Assembly (NCBI GenBank): GCA_965237865.1
Contig: OZ250164.1
Coordinates: 2,440,142 to 2,504,141, forward strand
Direction of reading: 5' to 3'
Source: Dehalococcoidia bacterium
GTDB taxonomy: Bacteria > Chloroflexota > Dehalococcoidia > UBA2979
DNA: 64,000 nt
Position numbers and translations under genes: made by a program. A model generated the notes under the pieces. That model was not told the DNA's origin. It saw only the letters and a program-made list of their open reading frames with translations, and searched no databases. Positions 9,815 to 18,033 of the stretch are shown in pieces; the first letter of the stretch is position 1, and each line of letters opens with the position of its first letter.

Positions 9815-9857
9815 GCGCGCCGGGCACGCGGCGGTACCGTCGCGGTATCCTCCGGAC

Positions 9858-10475
9858 ATGGTCACGGACCTCGCGAATCCCGGGCTGAAGGAGTGGGCCG
9901 TCGTCGTGCGCGCGCTGCGCGATGGCCGGCAGATCATCGACCTGCGCAAGGGCGGCATTCGCGAGGAGGGCCACCGCTTCCGCGTGCGCGCCTCGCGCTT
10001 CTGGCTCTACGAGAGCTACGAGCACCAGCGCCCGGAGCTGATCCGCCCCTCCGAGCGCCCGCTGATCGAGGCCGTCGCCGCCTCGGCGCCCGCGGCGGGC
10101 GAACTGCGCGTCGATGCCTGGGCGGAGATCGCGGAGACGGCGGCGCTGACCGAGCCGGAGCAGGTGGCCGCGCTCGACGGGCAGCACATCTGGACCGCGG
10201 ACTACGCGGAGCAGCGCTTCCGCTGGCGTCCGAAGGCGCCGCTGATCGTGCTCGTGCTGCGCGTGCACCGCCTCGCGGAGGCGCTCACCGTCCCGATCCG
10301 CGAGCACTACGCCGGCTGCACCTCGTGGACGCCGATGGCCGACCTGCCGCCCGACCCGCGCGAGGCCGCCTCCGCGCCCGTCCTCGACGACGCCGCGTTC
10401 GAGCAGCGCCGCGCCGAGCTTCACGCAGCGTTGCCGGGCATCGCCTTCGGCCCGCCGCAGATCGAGGACGAGTAG
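9858..10475 (+). CDS. conserved hypothetical protein (DUF1802-like)
   Basis: 205-aa ORF with a protein-like composition and the KEWAVVVRAL...IIDLRKGGIRE N-terminus. No recognisable catalytic motif. Confidence 0.55.
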   Translation: MVTDLANPGLKEWAVVVRALRDGRQIIDLRKGGIREEGHRFRVRASRFWLYESYEHQRPELIRPSERPLIEAVAASAPAAGELRVDAWAEIAETAALTEPEQVAALDGQHIWTADYAEQRFRWRPKAPLIVLVLRVHRLAEALTVPIREHYAGCTSWTPMADLPPDPREAASAPVLDDAAFEQRRAELHAALPGIAFGPPQIEDE

Positions 10476-10507
10476 CGCGGGCGCGCGGCAGGGCACCCGG
10501 ACCACCG

Positions 10508-10870
10508 TCCGATCCCCTCTCCCCTGGCGGGAGAGGGTTAGGGTGAGGGGGATTCCGGGCGCCGCAGCGCCCTCCGATCCCCTCTCCCGCGGCGGGAGAG
10601 AGGGTCAGGGGACTCCGAGGCCGATCGCGTGTCGCCTGCAGGGGACTGCGCCCCCCACACCCCCATCCCGGACGAGCGCGCTGCGCGGCTCTGGCCCACC
10701 CACCCACCCTCGGATTTCTTTTCTGTGGGGGCTGCGCCCCCACGCCCCCACCCGGATCGGCAGCCGGAACAGAGCCTCGAGGGCGCGCCCTCCGATCCCC
10801 TCTCCCGCCAGGGGAGAGGGTGAGGGTGAGGGGGACTCCGGGCGCCGGAGCGCCCTCGGAACGGGAGTTA
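10508..10870 (+). repeat. dispersed mosaic repeat element, copy B (full, with core 10641-10752)
   Basis: Core GGGGACTGCGCCCCCCACACCCCCATCCCGGACGAGCGCGCTGCGCGG...TTCTTTTCTGTGGGGGCTGCGCCCCCAC. Three CCCCTCTCCC-N-GGGAGAGGGT(G/T)AGGG modules. Sits between convergent gene ends. Confidence 0.85.
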
Positions 10871-10929
10871 CGCAAAGGTCTCGCGAGGGAGAGCGGGAGC
10901 CGGAAGCGGAGGGACCGGAGGGCGTGCTT

Positions 10930-11679
10930 CTACTGGCCCTGCCAGACGGGGTCGCGCTTCTCGGCGAAGGCCTTCGGGCCCTCCTTCGAGTCTTCCGAGG
11001 CGTGCACGACCTTGCTGACCCAGGTGCCGAGGCGAAGCGCCTCGTCGATCTTGGCCAGCCGCCACTCCTGGATCTGCGCCTTTGTGCCCTCCACGGAGAG
11101 CGGGGCGTTCTCGATAATCATCTCCGCGATCTCGATCGCCCGGGGGATCAGTGCGTCCGGTTCGAGCACCTCGGTGACGATGCCCCACTCCAGCGCCTGC
11201 TGCGGCTCGATGCGGTCCGCGGTGAGCAGGATGTAGTTGGCCGCCGAGAGCCCGATCACCCTCGCGAGGTGCTTCGTCGCGTAACCGGCCATGATCCCGC
11301 GCTTCGGCTCGAACAGGCCGAAGTAGGACGCCGTCGAGCAGATCCGGATGTCGCAGTCGAGTGCGGTCTCCATCCCGCCGCCCACGGCGAGCCCGTTGAT
11401 GGCCGCGATGAACGGCTTCGAGTTCCCCGAGTACGGATAGGTCGCTCCGAACTGCCCCTTGAAGGTGCCCTCCGCCATCTCCCGGAGGTCGCCGCCCGCG
11501 CAGAACGCGCGCCCGGAGCCGGTCACGATGCCGACGCGCATCTTCGGGTCGTTGCTGAAGTCCTCGATCGCCTCGGTCAACTGGTTGATCAACTGGCCGC
11601 CGAGGGCGTTGAGCCGCTCGGGGCGGTTGTAGGTGAAGATCGCGTAGTTGTCGCGCTTGTCGTAGATCAGGTCCGGCAT
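10930..11679 (-). CDS. enoyl-CoA hydratase/isomerase (crotonase family)
   Basis: Crotonase fold signatures (AFCAGGDL, LAVGGGMETALDCDIRI). Start set at MPDLIYD (ATG 11677-11679) with a GGAG RBS. The upstream part of the 415-aa ORF is a non-coding extension. Confidence 0.8.
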   Translation of the reverse strand: MPDLIYDKRDNYAIFTYNRPERLNALGGQLINQLTEAIEDFSNDPKMRVGIVTGSGRAFCAGGDLREMAEGTFKGQFGATYPYSGNSKPFIAAINGLAVGGGMETALDCDIRICSTASYFGLFEPKRGIMAGYATKHLARVIGLSAANYILLTADRIEPQQALEWGIVTEVLEPDALIPRAIEIAEMIIENAPLSVEGTKAQIQEWRLAKIDEALRLGTWVSKVVHASEDSKEGPKAFAEKRDPVWQGQ

Positions 11680-11760
11680 CGCCGCATCTCCTCGCTCGCG
11701 CGCGCAGGGTACCCTGTCGGGGCGGCCAATGGGCAGGCCGCACGCGGGGCGGACGGGACG

Positions 11761-12339
11761 ATGGTTGATTCGACAGACGTGGCCCTTCACCTGGACCTCG
11801 AGCGCCTGGAGGCGGGCCTCGACCACATCCGCCGGTCCCCGGCGGACGACGGCCTGCTCCTGATGATCGTCAGACGGCCCGACGTCGACCGGCGCGAGGT
11901 CGTCGAGGAAGGCGGCCTCGACGTTGCGGTCGGCCTCGTTGGTGACAACTGGAAGGACCGCGCAAGCTCGAGCAGCGCCGACGGCGGACCACATCCCGAG
12001 GCGCAGCTCACGATCATCAACTCCCGCGTGCTCGACCTCGTGGCGCAGTCCGGGGACCGCTGGCCGCTCGCAGGCGATCAGCTGGTGATCGACCTCGACC
12101 TGAGCGCGGAGAACCTGCCGCCCGGGACGCGCCTGTCCATTGGCTCCGCGGTGATCGAGATCACCGCGAAGCCGCACACCGGCTGCGCGAAGTTCGCCGG
12201 CCGCTTTGGCAACGACGCGCTCCGCTTCGTCAGCACCCCGCTGGCGATGGAGCTGCGCCTGCGAGGCGTCAACACCCGTGTCGTGCAGTCGGGCACGATC
12301 CGCGCCGGAGATGCGGTCGCGAAGATCGCGGCGCCATGA
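11761..12339 (+). CDS. MOSC domain-containing protein
   Basis: C-terminal PGTRLSIGSAVIEITAKPHTGCAKFAGRFGNDALRF is typical of MOSC (MoCo sulfurase C-terminal) domains. ATG 11761. Stop overlaps the next gene (ATGA). Confidence 0.75.
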   Translation: MVDSTDVALHLDLERLEAGLDHIRRSPADDGLLLMIVRRPDVDRREVVEEGGLDVAVGLVGDNWKDRASSSSADGGPHPEAQLTIINSRVLDLVAQSGDRWPLAGDQLVIDLDLSAENLPPGTRLSIGSAVIEITAKPHTGCAKFAGRFGNDALRFVSTPLAMELRLRGVNTRVVQSGTIRAGDAVAKIAAP

Positions 12340-12791
12340 CCGACGAACGCGCCGACAGCGGCCCGGAGAGCGGCGCGGACAACCGGCAGGACGCGGTCCT
12401 CGAGGCCAACGCGGCGTTCTACCGCGCTTTCGCCGAGCGCGACCTGGAGGCGATGGACCGGCTCTGGGCGCGCGAGGCGCCGGTCGCCTGCACGCACCCC
12501 GCGTGGACCGTGCTGACCGGGCGCGACGACGTGCTGAAGAGCTGGGAGGGCATCCTCACCAACCCGGACGCGCCGACGATCGAGGTGCGGGACGCCATCG
12601 CGCACCGCCTCGGCGACACGGCGATCGTGCTCTGTCGCGAGATCGTGCAGGGCGCGCCGGCCGAGGCGACCAACGTCTTCGTGCTCGAGGGCGGCGAGTG
12701 GCGCATCGCGCACCACCACGCCAGCGCGATCGCGCGCTTCCTCGTCTCCCGCTCCGTGGAGACGGACCCCTTCCGCGACCGCCGCAACTAG
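12336..12791 (+). CDS. SnoaL-like/NTF2-like (DUF4440-type) protein
   Basis: 151 aa with an NTF2-like fold composition. The last 37 nt, including the stop, lie inside the left 72-bp direct repeat. Confidence 0.65.
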   Translation: MTDERADSGPESGADNRQDAVLEANAAFYRAFAERDLEAMDRLWAREAPVACTHPAWTVLTGRDDVLKSWEGILTNPDAPTIEVRDAIAHRLGDTAIVLCREIVQGAPAEATNVFVLEGGEWRIAHHHASAIARFLVSRSVETDPFRDRRN

Positions 12792-12826
12792 CGACGGTTG
12801 TCCGCCGCTACAGCGCGAGGCCGGGC
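12755..12826. repeat. 72-bp perfect direct repeat, left copy (attL-like), bounding the low-GC island
   Basis: Identical to 15527-15598: cgtggagacggaccccttccgcgaccgccgcaactagcgacggttgtccgccgctacagcgcgaggccgggc. Contains the convergent stop codons of the SnoaL-like and ybaK-like genes and an imperfect hairpin TAGCGACGG-ttgt-CCGCCGCTA. Confidence 0.9.
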
Positions 12827-12855
12827 CGCCGCCACGCCCGATGTCGATGCTCAGT

Positions 12856-13407
12856 CTATTCTCTTGAAGCCTCGATCTCCTTGTCTAGAGAGCGGGCTGT
12901 CAGATTTGCAACTATGGACTTGACATCTAAGTTCCGGAGTCGCAGGTATGCAGATATTTCTGGGATAACAGTAACTGATTCTTTGCCCACGCAACTCAAG
13001 CGCAAATGCGTGTTCAATTCTGCGGTTCTTATTGCGATCTCGAGTACAGCAGGCGGTGCGAGTACGTAAAGGCCTACTGCATGAGGCAACCCAGAATCAT
13101 GCACGAGTGCAGTCGGAGAAACCAGTACTGGTAAAATATGCGCCTTCTCATCTCCATCAGCTAGATTCTTTCTCACCCAGTTCACATGGCCCGTAGCCTC
13201 GAGCAATTCAGTCTTCGAGAGTTTCGAGCCCGGGCTCTTGCCGGTCTTTGCTTCGAACACTAGATGAGTCCCGTCAGAGAACGACCAAACGCAATCCGGT
13301 GCGCCATCGTCGGTGGGACGGCTCGTATCAGCGCCAAGCGCATTGCCCAACTCTTCGAGCCCCTGATGATAGGGGGTAGCTTCCGCCTGGCCAAGCCTCC
13401 GAAGCAT
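12856..13407 (-). CDS. PD-(D/E)xK nuclease-like small protein (island gene 2)
   Basis: Canonical PD...(14 aa)...EAK motif (GAPDCVWSFSDGTHLVFEAKTG). First in-frame ATG is 13405-13407. The open frame continues protein-like up to the helicase stop (13520) with a strong GAAGGAG SD overlapping that stop, so the true start may be non-canonical or the two ORFs may be a frameshifted fusion. The ORF-track extent to 13668 begins at TTG inside the helicase. Confidence 0.55.
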   Translation of the reverse strand: MLRRLGQAEATPYHQGLEELGNALGADTSRPTDDGAPDCVWSFSDGTHLVFEAKTGKSPGSKLSKTELLEATGHVNWVRKNLADGDEKAHILPVLVSPTALVHDSGLPHAVGLYVLAPPAVLEIAIRTAELNTHLRLSCVGKESVTVIPEISAYLRLRNLDVKSIVANLTARSLDKEIEASRE

Positions 13408-13519
13408 TTCTGCCTTGCGGTTCTCAAACTGGGGACCTGCCCATCCGGCAGAATCGAGATATGCCCAAACTTCCTCCTCATTGTCGGCAAGCTCACTATC
13501 CTGGCCAATCTCTTCTCCT

Positions 13520-15430
13520 TCAACAGCGGCCAGAGAGCTCGCTAGGAAACCCCGATTGGTCCCGCAGGCAATCGCCCTTTCTGAGACAGTCGGCGGCGGT
13601 TCCGGTCTCCCCCTGCCTACACGACGACATCGCCGCCAAGTACCACCACCAGGCTCGATACCCCGCAAGCTCCGGTGCGGAAACTTGATCGGCGACCTGA
13701 CGCGCGGCCTCGTAGGCCCCGAGCCAGTGGCCGTCCCACGCCCGTTGGGCGAAACGGATCTCAGTGCTCACCACACCGCGAAGTTGGTCATGGAAGGCTG
13801 TGCCCGTCGCAGCCTCTTGTTCCTCTCGCAACTCAGCGACCAGCCGGTCGGCTTCTGCTCGGTATGAATCGTCTGTAAGGAGACCACGTATCATTTCAGT
13901 AAGGTCGTCAGGACTCGTAGCAAAGTCGCGAGTCTTGTTCATTCCCCATTTGACTTCGGCCTGCACGTCCGGTGGGAGGCTTCCGATCACGCTCGCAGTG
14001 CTGGACGCGTCCACGAGGCGTTGACCGAGCCAGAAGACCACTGCGTAGTCCGTATCACCTCGCGTGCAGCGTCCAAGGCCCTGGACAAGACGCGTCCTCA
14101 GGCGACTGCGGAGCACCGGTCCGCAGCGCCATTGACTTAGCAGGTTCCGCTCTAGCGGCGAGAGCGCCGTCGGAGCACCGGCCATCACCAGCAGTCGACA
14201 ATCTTCGTGCGGTAGGTCGATCCCATCGTAGCGACTGAGGGCGAGCACAGCGTTCTGTTTGCTCGTGAAGGGCTCAAGCGATTTTCCGATGGCATCCGCG
14301 CGCAGAACCTCCGCAGCGGGTTCTACGCTCGATGCTAGGGAATTCGCTTCCAACGTTGCACGATACGATGAAGGGGCTAGAAGCAAAGCCCGGCGAGGAA
14401 CTAGCTCTTGGAATGTTCTCGTAACCAAATCCGAAGCTGTCTCCGTGTTCGCGTACATCTCTGGAACGAAAATGAAGCGCCGACCAGAGTGCTGATATTC
14501 GGCTCGAAGTCCGACGGGCTCTTCGATGCCGTATGCCCGGCGGAGGTCGTGCATGCTACCTAGGGTGGCAGACAGAAAGATTCTTTGACGTGTTTCAGCG
14601 AATGGGGCGTGAGACCAAGTCGGAGGAATCAACGGACGGATTGTGATCTCGACAGACGAAACTAGGATCAGGCAAGCATCCAGCTGGTCCCGTATCTGGC
14701 TCCACGCGTAACGGAGATCACCCCGCTCCGCGTCGAGCGCTTCCGTTAGTTCGGCCGTACAAGCGGGACGCATTGATACATCGACGAGGAACGGGTCAGA
14801 GCCTGGGTCGTTCGTATCCTCCAGCCTACGCCGCTGTCGTTCGTCCATAGCCGGTAAGAGAGCTGTCGCCAGCCTTGAGTAGAGCTGAGCATTGGTGCTG
14901 CGCGATACTGACACGGACCACATCGAGGCCACGTAGTCTTCGCCGCCATGAACGTCGTCGAGCACGACAAGCTCCACGTTCTTGATGATCGGATTCACGT
15001 TGAACATATTCGAGTAAGTTGAGATAGCCACCGCATCAGCCGTACGGAAGCGCCCCTCGGCTATCGGATCGCGTGAGCCGGACGGCCCCGAGACATCTGC
15101 GCAGTCGAATCCGCTCCTATTCGCTTCAGCCAGTACTTGGGACGCCAGCTGATTCGTCAGCGTGAGATAGGCCGTTGGCCTCTGGTAGGTTCTGCGGCAC
15201 CACTCAGCTATCGCGAGACCCACGGTAGTCTTGCCGGTACCAGTGGGCAGCTCGATGGCAACGTTTGCGGCTTCATGGTGGTGCTGGTCGTACTGCCGAA
15301 TTACATCTTGTTGTGGACCGCGCAAGAACTCATGCGTCCGCGCCCGATTTCTCGACCCATAGAATGTCGCCTCTACGGAAGCGGGCGCTGATTCTGGTTT
15401 TCCTGTTCGCAAGCTTGGTCGAGCACACAT
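13520..15430 (-). CDS. SF2 DExH-box helicase, ResIII/DinG-like (island gene 1)
   Basis: Motif I IELPTGTGKT, Ia LTNQLASQV, II VVLDDVH (DExH), III FLSATL, VI QGLGRCTRG. 636 aa. Low-GC codon usage unlike its neighbours. Confidence 0.8.
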   Translation of the reverse strand: MCARPSLRTGKPESAPASVEATFYGSRNRARTHEFLRGPQQDVIRQYDQHHHEAANVAIELPTGTGKTTVGLAIAEWCRRTYQRPTAYLTLTNQLASQVLAEANRSGFDCADVSGPSGSRDPIAEGRFRTADAVAISTYSNMFNVNPIIKNVELVVLDDVHGGEDYVASMWSVSVSRSTNAQLYSRLATALLPAMDERQRRRLEDTNDPGSDPFLVDVSMRPACTAELTEALDAERGDLRYAWSQIRDQLDACLILVSSVEITIRPLIPPTWSHAPFAETRQRIFLSATLGSMHDLRRAYGIEEPVGLRAEYQHSGRRFIFVPEMYANTETASDLVTRTFQELVPRRALLLAPSSYRATLEANSLASSVEPAAEVLRADAIGKSLEPFTSKQNAVLALSRYDGIDLPHEDCRLLVMAGAPTALSPLERNLLSQWRCGPVLRSRLRTRLVQGLGRCTRGDTDYAVVFWLGQRLVDASSTASVIGSLPPDVQAEVKWGMNKTRDFATSPDDLTEMIRGLLTDDSYRAEADRLVAELREEQEAATGTAFHDQLRGVVSTEIRFAQRAWDGHWLGAYEAARQVADQVSAPELAGYRAWWWYLAAMSSCRQGETGTAADCLRKGDCLRDQSGFPSELSGRC

Positions 15431-15526
15431 CGTGACCTCTCACAGCATTCGCCATCGCAATTCACGGACCATTGGGTCTAGAACAGTCTACCGTGGCACA
15501 TGCCATCTGAGCGTTTCGCGCTGAGG

Positions 15527-15598
15527 CGTGGAGACGGACCCCTTCCGCGACCGCCGCAACTAGCGACGGTTGTCCGCCGCTACAGCGCGAGGCCGGGC
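15527..15598. repeat. 72-bp perfect direct repeat, right copy (attR-like)
   Basis: Identical to 12755-12826. Contains the authentic 3' end of the ybaK-like gene and a remnant 3' end of the SnoaL gene. Confidence 0.9.
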
Positions 15599-16071
15599 AC
15601 GACCTCGGCGTTCGGGAGGCGCAGCAGCGCCGAGGGCGCGACCGCGAGCTTCGTCGAGCGGCCGCCGCCGCCCACGATCACCTCGTCGAGGTCCATGACG
15701 CGCTCGTCGATGTAGAGCGCCAGATCCTCGGGCAGGCCGAACGGGGTGACGCCGCCGATCAGCATGCCGGTCAGCTCGCGCGTCTCCTCGGGCGAGGCGA
15801 ACGAGGCCTTGCGCACGCCCAGCAGCGGGCGCACCGCGTGGTTGACGTCGAGCCGCGTGGTCGCCAGCACGAGGCAGGCGCAGTAGCGCAACTCGCCGCG
15901 CTTGGAGACGACGATGATGGTGTTGCCGGAGGTCTCCGGCGGGTAGCCGTAGTGCTCGCAGAACGCCGCCGTGTCCGCCAGTTCCGGATCGACCTCGATC
16001 AGCTCGTAGGACTCGCCGAGGGCGTCCAGCGCCGCGAGGGCGCGCGCCGCCGGGTCGTCGCCGGACGTCAT
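15580..16071 (-). CDS. YbaK/ProX-like aminoacyl-tRNA (Cys-tRNA(Pro)) deacylase
   Basis: 163 aa with a YbaK-fold signature (IIVVSKRGELRYCACLV...GMLIGGVTPFG). Confidence 0.75.
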   Translation of the reverse strand: MTSGDDPAARALAALDALGESYELIEVDPELADTAAFCEHYGYPPETSGNTIIVVSKRGELRYCACLVLATTRLDVNHAVRPLLGVRKASFASPEETRELTGMLIGGVTPFGLPEDLALYIDERVMDLDEVIVGGGGRSTKLAVAPSALLRLPNAEVVPGLAL

Positions 16072-16182
16072 CGCTCGCTCCCGTCGCTCAGTCGCCGACC
16101 GGTGGTGCGCAGCCGCACCCGGCCACGTTGCGTGTTAGCTCGCATGTGCTACTCTCCGGTCCCGAACTCACCAGGAGGAATC

Positions 16183-16626
16183 ATGCCAGACGTCCAGCCC
16201 ATCCCCGACGGCTACACCGCGATCACGCCCTACCTCGTCGCCGAGGACGCATCGGGCCTCATCGACTTCCTCACGAACGCCTTCGGCGCCATCGAGCGCA
16301 TGCGCATGCCCATGCCCGACGGCTCCGTCGCCCACGCCGAGGTCGAGATTGGCGGCGCCGCCGTCATGCTCGGCTCCGCCATGCCCCCCGAGTTCCCGCC
16401 CACCAGCGCGCAGACCCACCTCTACGTCGAGGATGTCGACGGGGCCTACGCCCAGGCCCTGAGTGCGGGAGCCGCCGGCGTGGCCGAGCCGGCCGACCAG
16501 TTCTACGGCGACCGCATCGCCCGCGTGATCGACCCCGCCGGAAACACCTGGTCGATCGCCACCCACATCGAGGACGTGACCGACGAGCAGATCATGGAGC
16601 GCATGGCCGCGATGGGCGAAGGCTAG
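16183..16626 (+). CDS. VOC family protein (glyoxalase/PhnB-like)
   Basis: ATG 16183 after an AGGAGGA RBS. 147 aa, glyoxalase-fold composition (HAEVEIGGAAVMLG...GDRIARVIDPAGNTWSI). Confidence 0.75.
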   Translation: MPDVQPIPDGYTAITPYLVAEDASGLIDFLTNAFGAIERMRMPMPDGSVAHAEVEIGGAAVMLGSAMPPEFPPTSAQTHLYVEDVDGAYAQALSAGAAGVAEPADQFYGDRIARVIDPAGNTWSIATHIEDVTDEQIMERMAAMGEG

Positions 16627-17492
16627 CCGCCGTCTGGCCGCGCCGCCTCCATGAAGGTGCGCAGCGCGTCGATGTGATCGCCGGGCGTCGCCAGCCCGAG
16701 GTCCATCGTGAGCACGTGGACGCGGTCCGCGCCCGCCTCCTGCAGCCGCTCGGCGAAGGCGGCCTGCTCCTCGGGAGCACCGTGGACCGAGACGGAGGTG
16801 GCGATGCCGATCTCCGCGGGGTCGCGGCCCGCGCGCTGCGCCGCCTCGCGGATCGCCTCGACGCTGCGCCCAAGAAACTCCAGGTCGCCCCGGCCCGCGA
16901 TCCAGCCGTCGCCGATGCGCCCGATGCGGTCGAGCACGACCTGCGCGGTGCCGCCCATCCAGATCGGGATCGAGCGGCCCGGGCGCGGGTTGATGCCCGC
17001 GGCCGGGACGCGGTCGAAGCGCCCCTCGAACTCCACGATCGGCTCCGACCAGAGCCGCCTCAGCAGGCCCACCTGCTCCTCGAGACGCCGCCCGCGCGTG
17101 CTGAAGTCCTGGCCCAGCGACTCGTACTCGAGGTAGTTCCAGCCGCTGCCGACGCCGAGGATCAGCCGCCCGCCGCTCAGGATATCCACCTCCGCCGCCT
17201 GCTTCGCGACGAGCGCCGTCTGGCGCTGCGGGAGGATCACGACGCCGCTGACCAGCTCGATGCGCTCCGTCAGGCCGGCGAGGTAGCAGAAGAGCGCGAG
17301 CGGTTCGTGGAAGGTGCTCATGTAGGTGTAAGGCCACGTCCCGCCGCGTCCTTCCGGATCGGCGCCGAGCACGTGGTCGTAGGCGAGCAGGTAGTCATAG
17401 CCGAGGGCCTCCACCGCCTGTGCGTAGTCGCGGATCGCGATCGGGTCGATCCCGATTTCGGTCTGGGGGAAGACTGCCCCGTAGCGCATCAA
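16623..17492 (-). CDS. LLM class F420-dependent oxidoreductase
   Basis: 289 aa, luciferase-like monooxygenase fold (TIGR03619-like): VILPQRQTALVAKQAAEVDILSGGRLILGVGSGW. Confidence 0.8.
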   Translation of the reverse strand: MMRYGAVFPQTEIGIDPIAIRDYAQAVEALGYDYLLAYDHVLGADPEGRGGTWPYTYMSTFHEPLALFCYLAGLTERIELVSGVVILPQRQTALVAKQAAEVDILSGGRLILGVGSGWNYLEYESLGQDFSTRGRRLEEQVGLLRRLWSEPIVEFEGRFDRVPAAGINPRPGRSIPIWMGGTAQVVLDRIGRIGDGWIAGRGDLEFLGRSVEAIREAAQRAGRDPAEIGIATSVSVHGAPEEQAAFAERLQEAGADRVHVLTMDLGLATPGDHIDALRTFMEAARPDGG

Positions 17493-17543
17493 CTGCTCCT
17501 CGTCCTCGCTGTCCGCGCCGATCTCGCCGCCGTCGGGCTGGCG

Positions 17544-17693
17544 TCAGCCCGTGTAGTCCTTGTGCGGGAAGGTCGCGTCGTGGGTCTCCTCGCAGGCCTC
17601 GCAGACGGCGTGCGCGCAGCGCATGCAGGCCCGCGCGGTGGTCGCCCCGCAGTGGCGGCAACTCGCGGTCATGGGACCGCTGCGGTACGGCAT
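17544..17693 (-). CDS. small Cys-rich zinc-ribbon protein
   Basis: CRHCGATTARACMRCAHAVCEACEE. Start uncertain among 17693, 17672 and 17789. No clear RBS. Confidence 0.35.
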   Translation of the reverse strand: MPYRSGPMTASCRHCGATTARACMRCAHAVCEACEETHDATFPHKDYTG

Positions 17694-17777
17694 GAGCGCA
17701 CGATAGCAGCCCCGCCGATCGGGGGCGGGGTTGCCCAAGACGCCGCGAGCGGCAAAGATTCCGGCAGGAGGTCGCCG

Positions 17778-18014
17778 ATGGTCATCCACGCCACGAGGGT
17801 CGACTACCGCAACGCGTTCGCCGGGCTGGTCTTCCCCGCCTCGAAGGACGAGATCGTGCGCCGCTCGCGCATGATCGGCGGCATCGACCGCGAGGTGTTC
17901 GCGATCCTTGATGCGATCGCGCCGCGTCGCTACGCCGACAGGGACGACCTCGACGCCGCGATCCGCGAGGTCTACGTGGCCCGCGGCGAGGACACCGAGG
18001 CGCTCCCCGTCTAG
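17778..18014 (+). CDS. DUF2795 family small protein
   Basis: ATG 17778 after a GGCAGGAGG RBS. 78 aa with VDYPASKDEIV...LPDRRYADRDDL resembling DUF2795. It is the C-terminal tail of a spurious 628-aa ORF. Confidence 0.6.
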   Translation: MVIHATRVDYRNAFAGLVFPASKDEIVRRSRMIGGIDREVFAILDAIAPRRYADRDDLDAAIREVYVARGEDTEALPV

Positions 18015-18033
18015 CCGCCCGGGCGCCGCCGCC

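Larger units (their letters stand above)
12827..15526. mobile_element. 2.7-kb low-GC genomic island (helicase + nuclease-like cassette) between 72-bp direct repeats; no integrase or transposase
   Basis: Abrupt GC drop to ~50% versus ~70% in the flanks. Bounded exactly by the duplicated 72-bp sequence. Carries only two co-directional genes. Confidence 0.7.

Noticed and set aside
7466-9958. 830-aa minus-strand ORF overlapping the CoA-transferase gene
   Set aside because: Translation is low-complexity Arg/Ala/Gly-rich with no motifs. The plus-strand frame encodes two recognisable CaiB/BaiF domains.
13260-13867. Small plus-strand ORFs inside the island (13264-13545, 13415-13867, 13461-13688)
   Set aside because: Antisense to the helicase/nuclease genes, no RBS. 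The strong helicase and nuclease motifs sit on the minus strand.
12827-15526. Search for an integrase, transposase or tRNA gene at the island borders
   Set aside because: Neither ORF has recombinase motifs. The flanks are protein-coding gene ends, not tRNA/tmRNA. The island is therefore described as non-autonomous.
16128-18014. 628-aa plus-strand ORF spanning the LLM oxidoreductase region
   Set aside because: Only its last 78 codons (17778-18014, DUF2795-like, with its own RBS and ATG) look genuine. The rest is antisense to a well-supported LLM gene.
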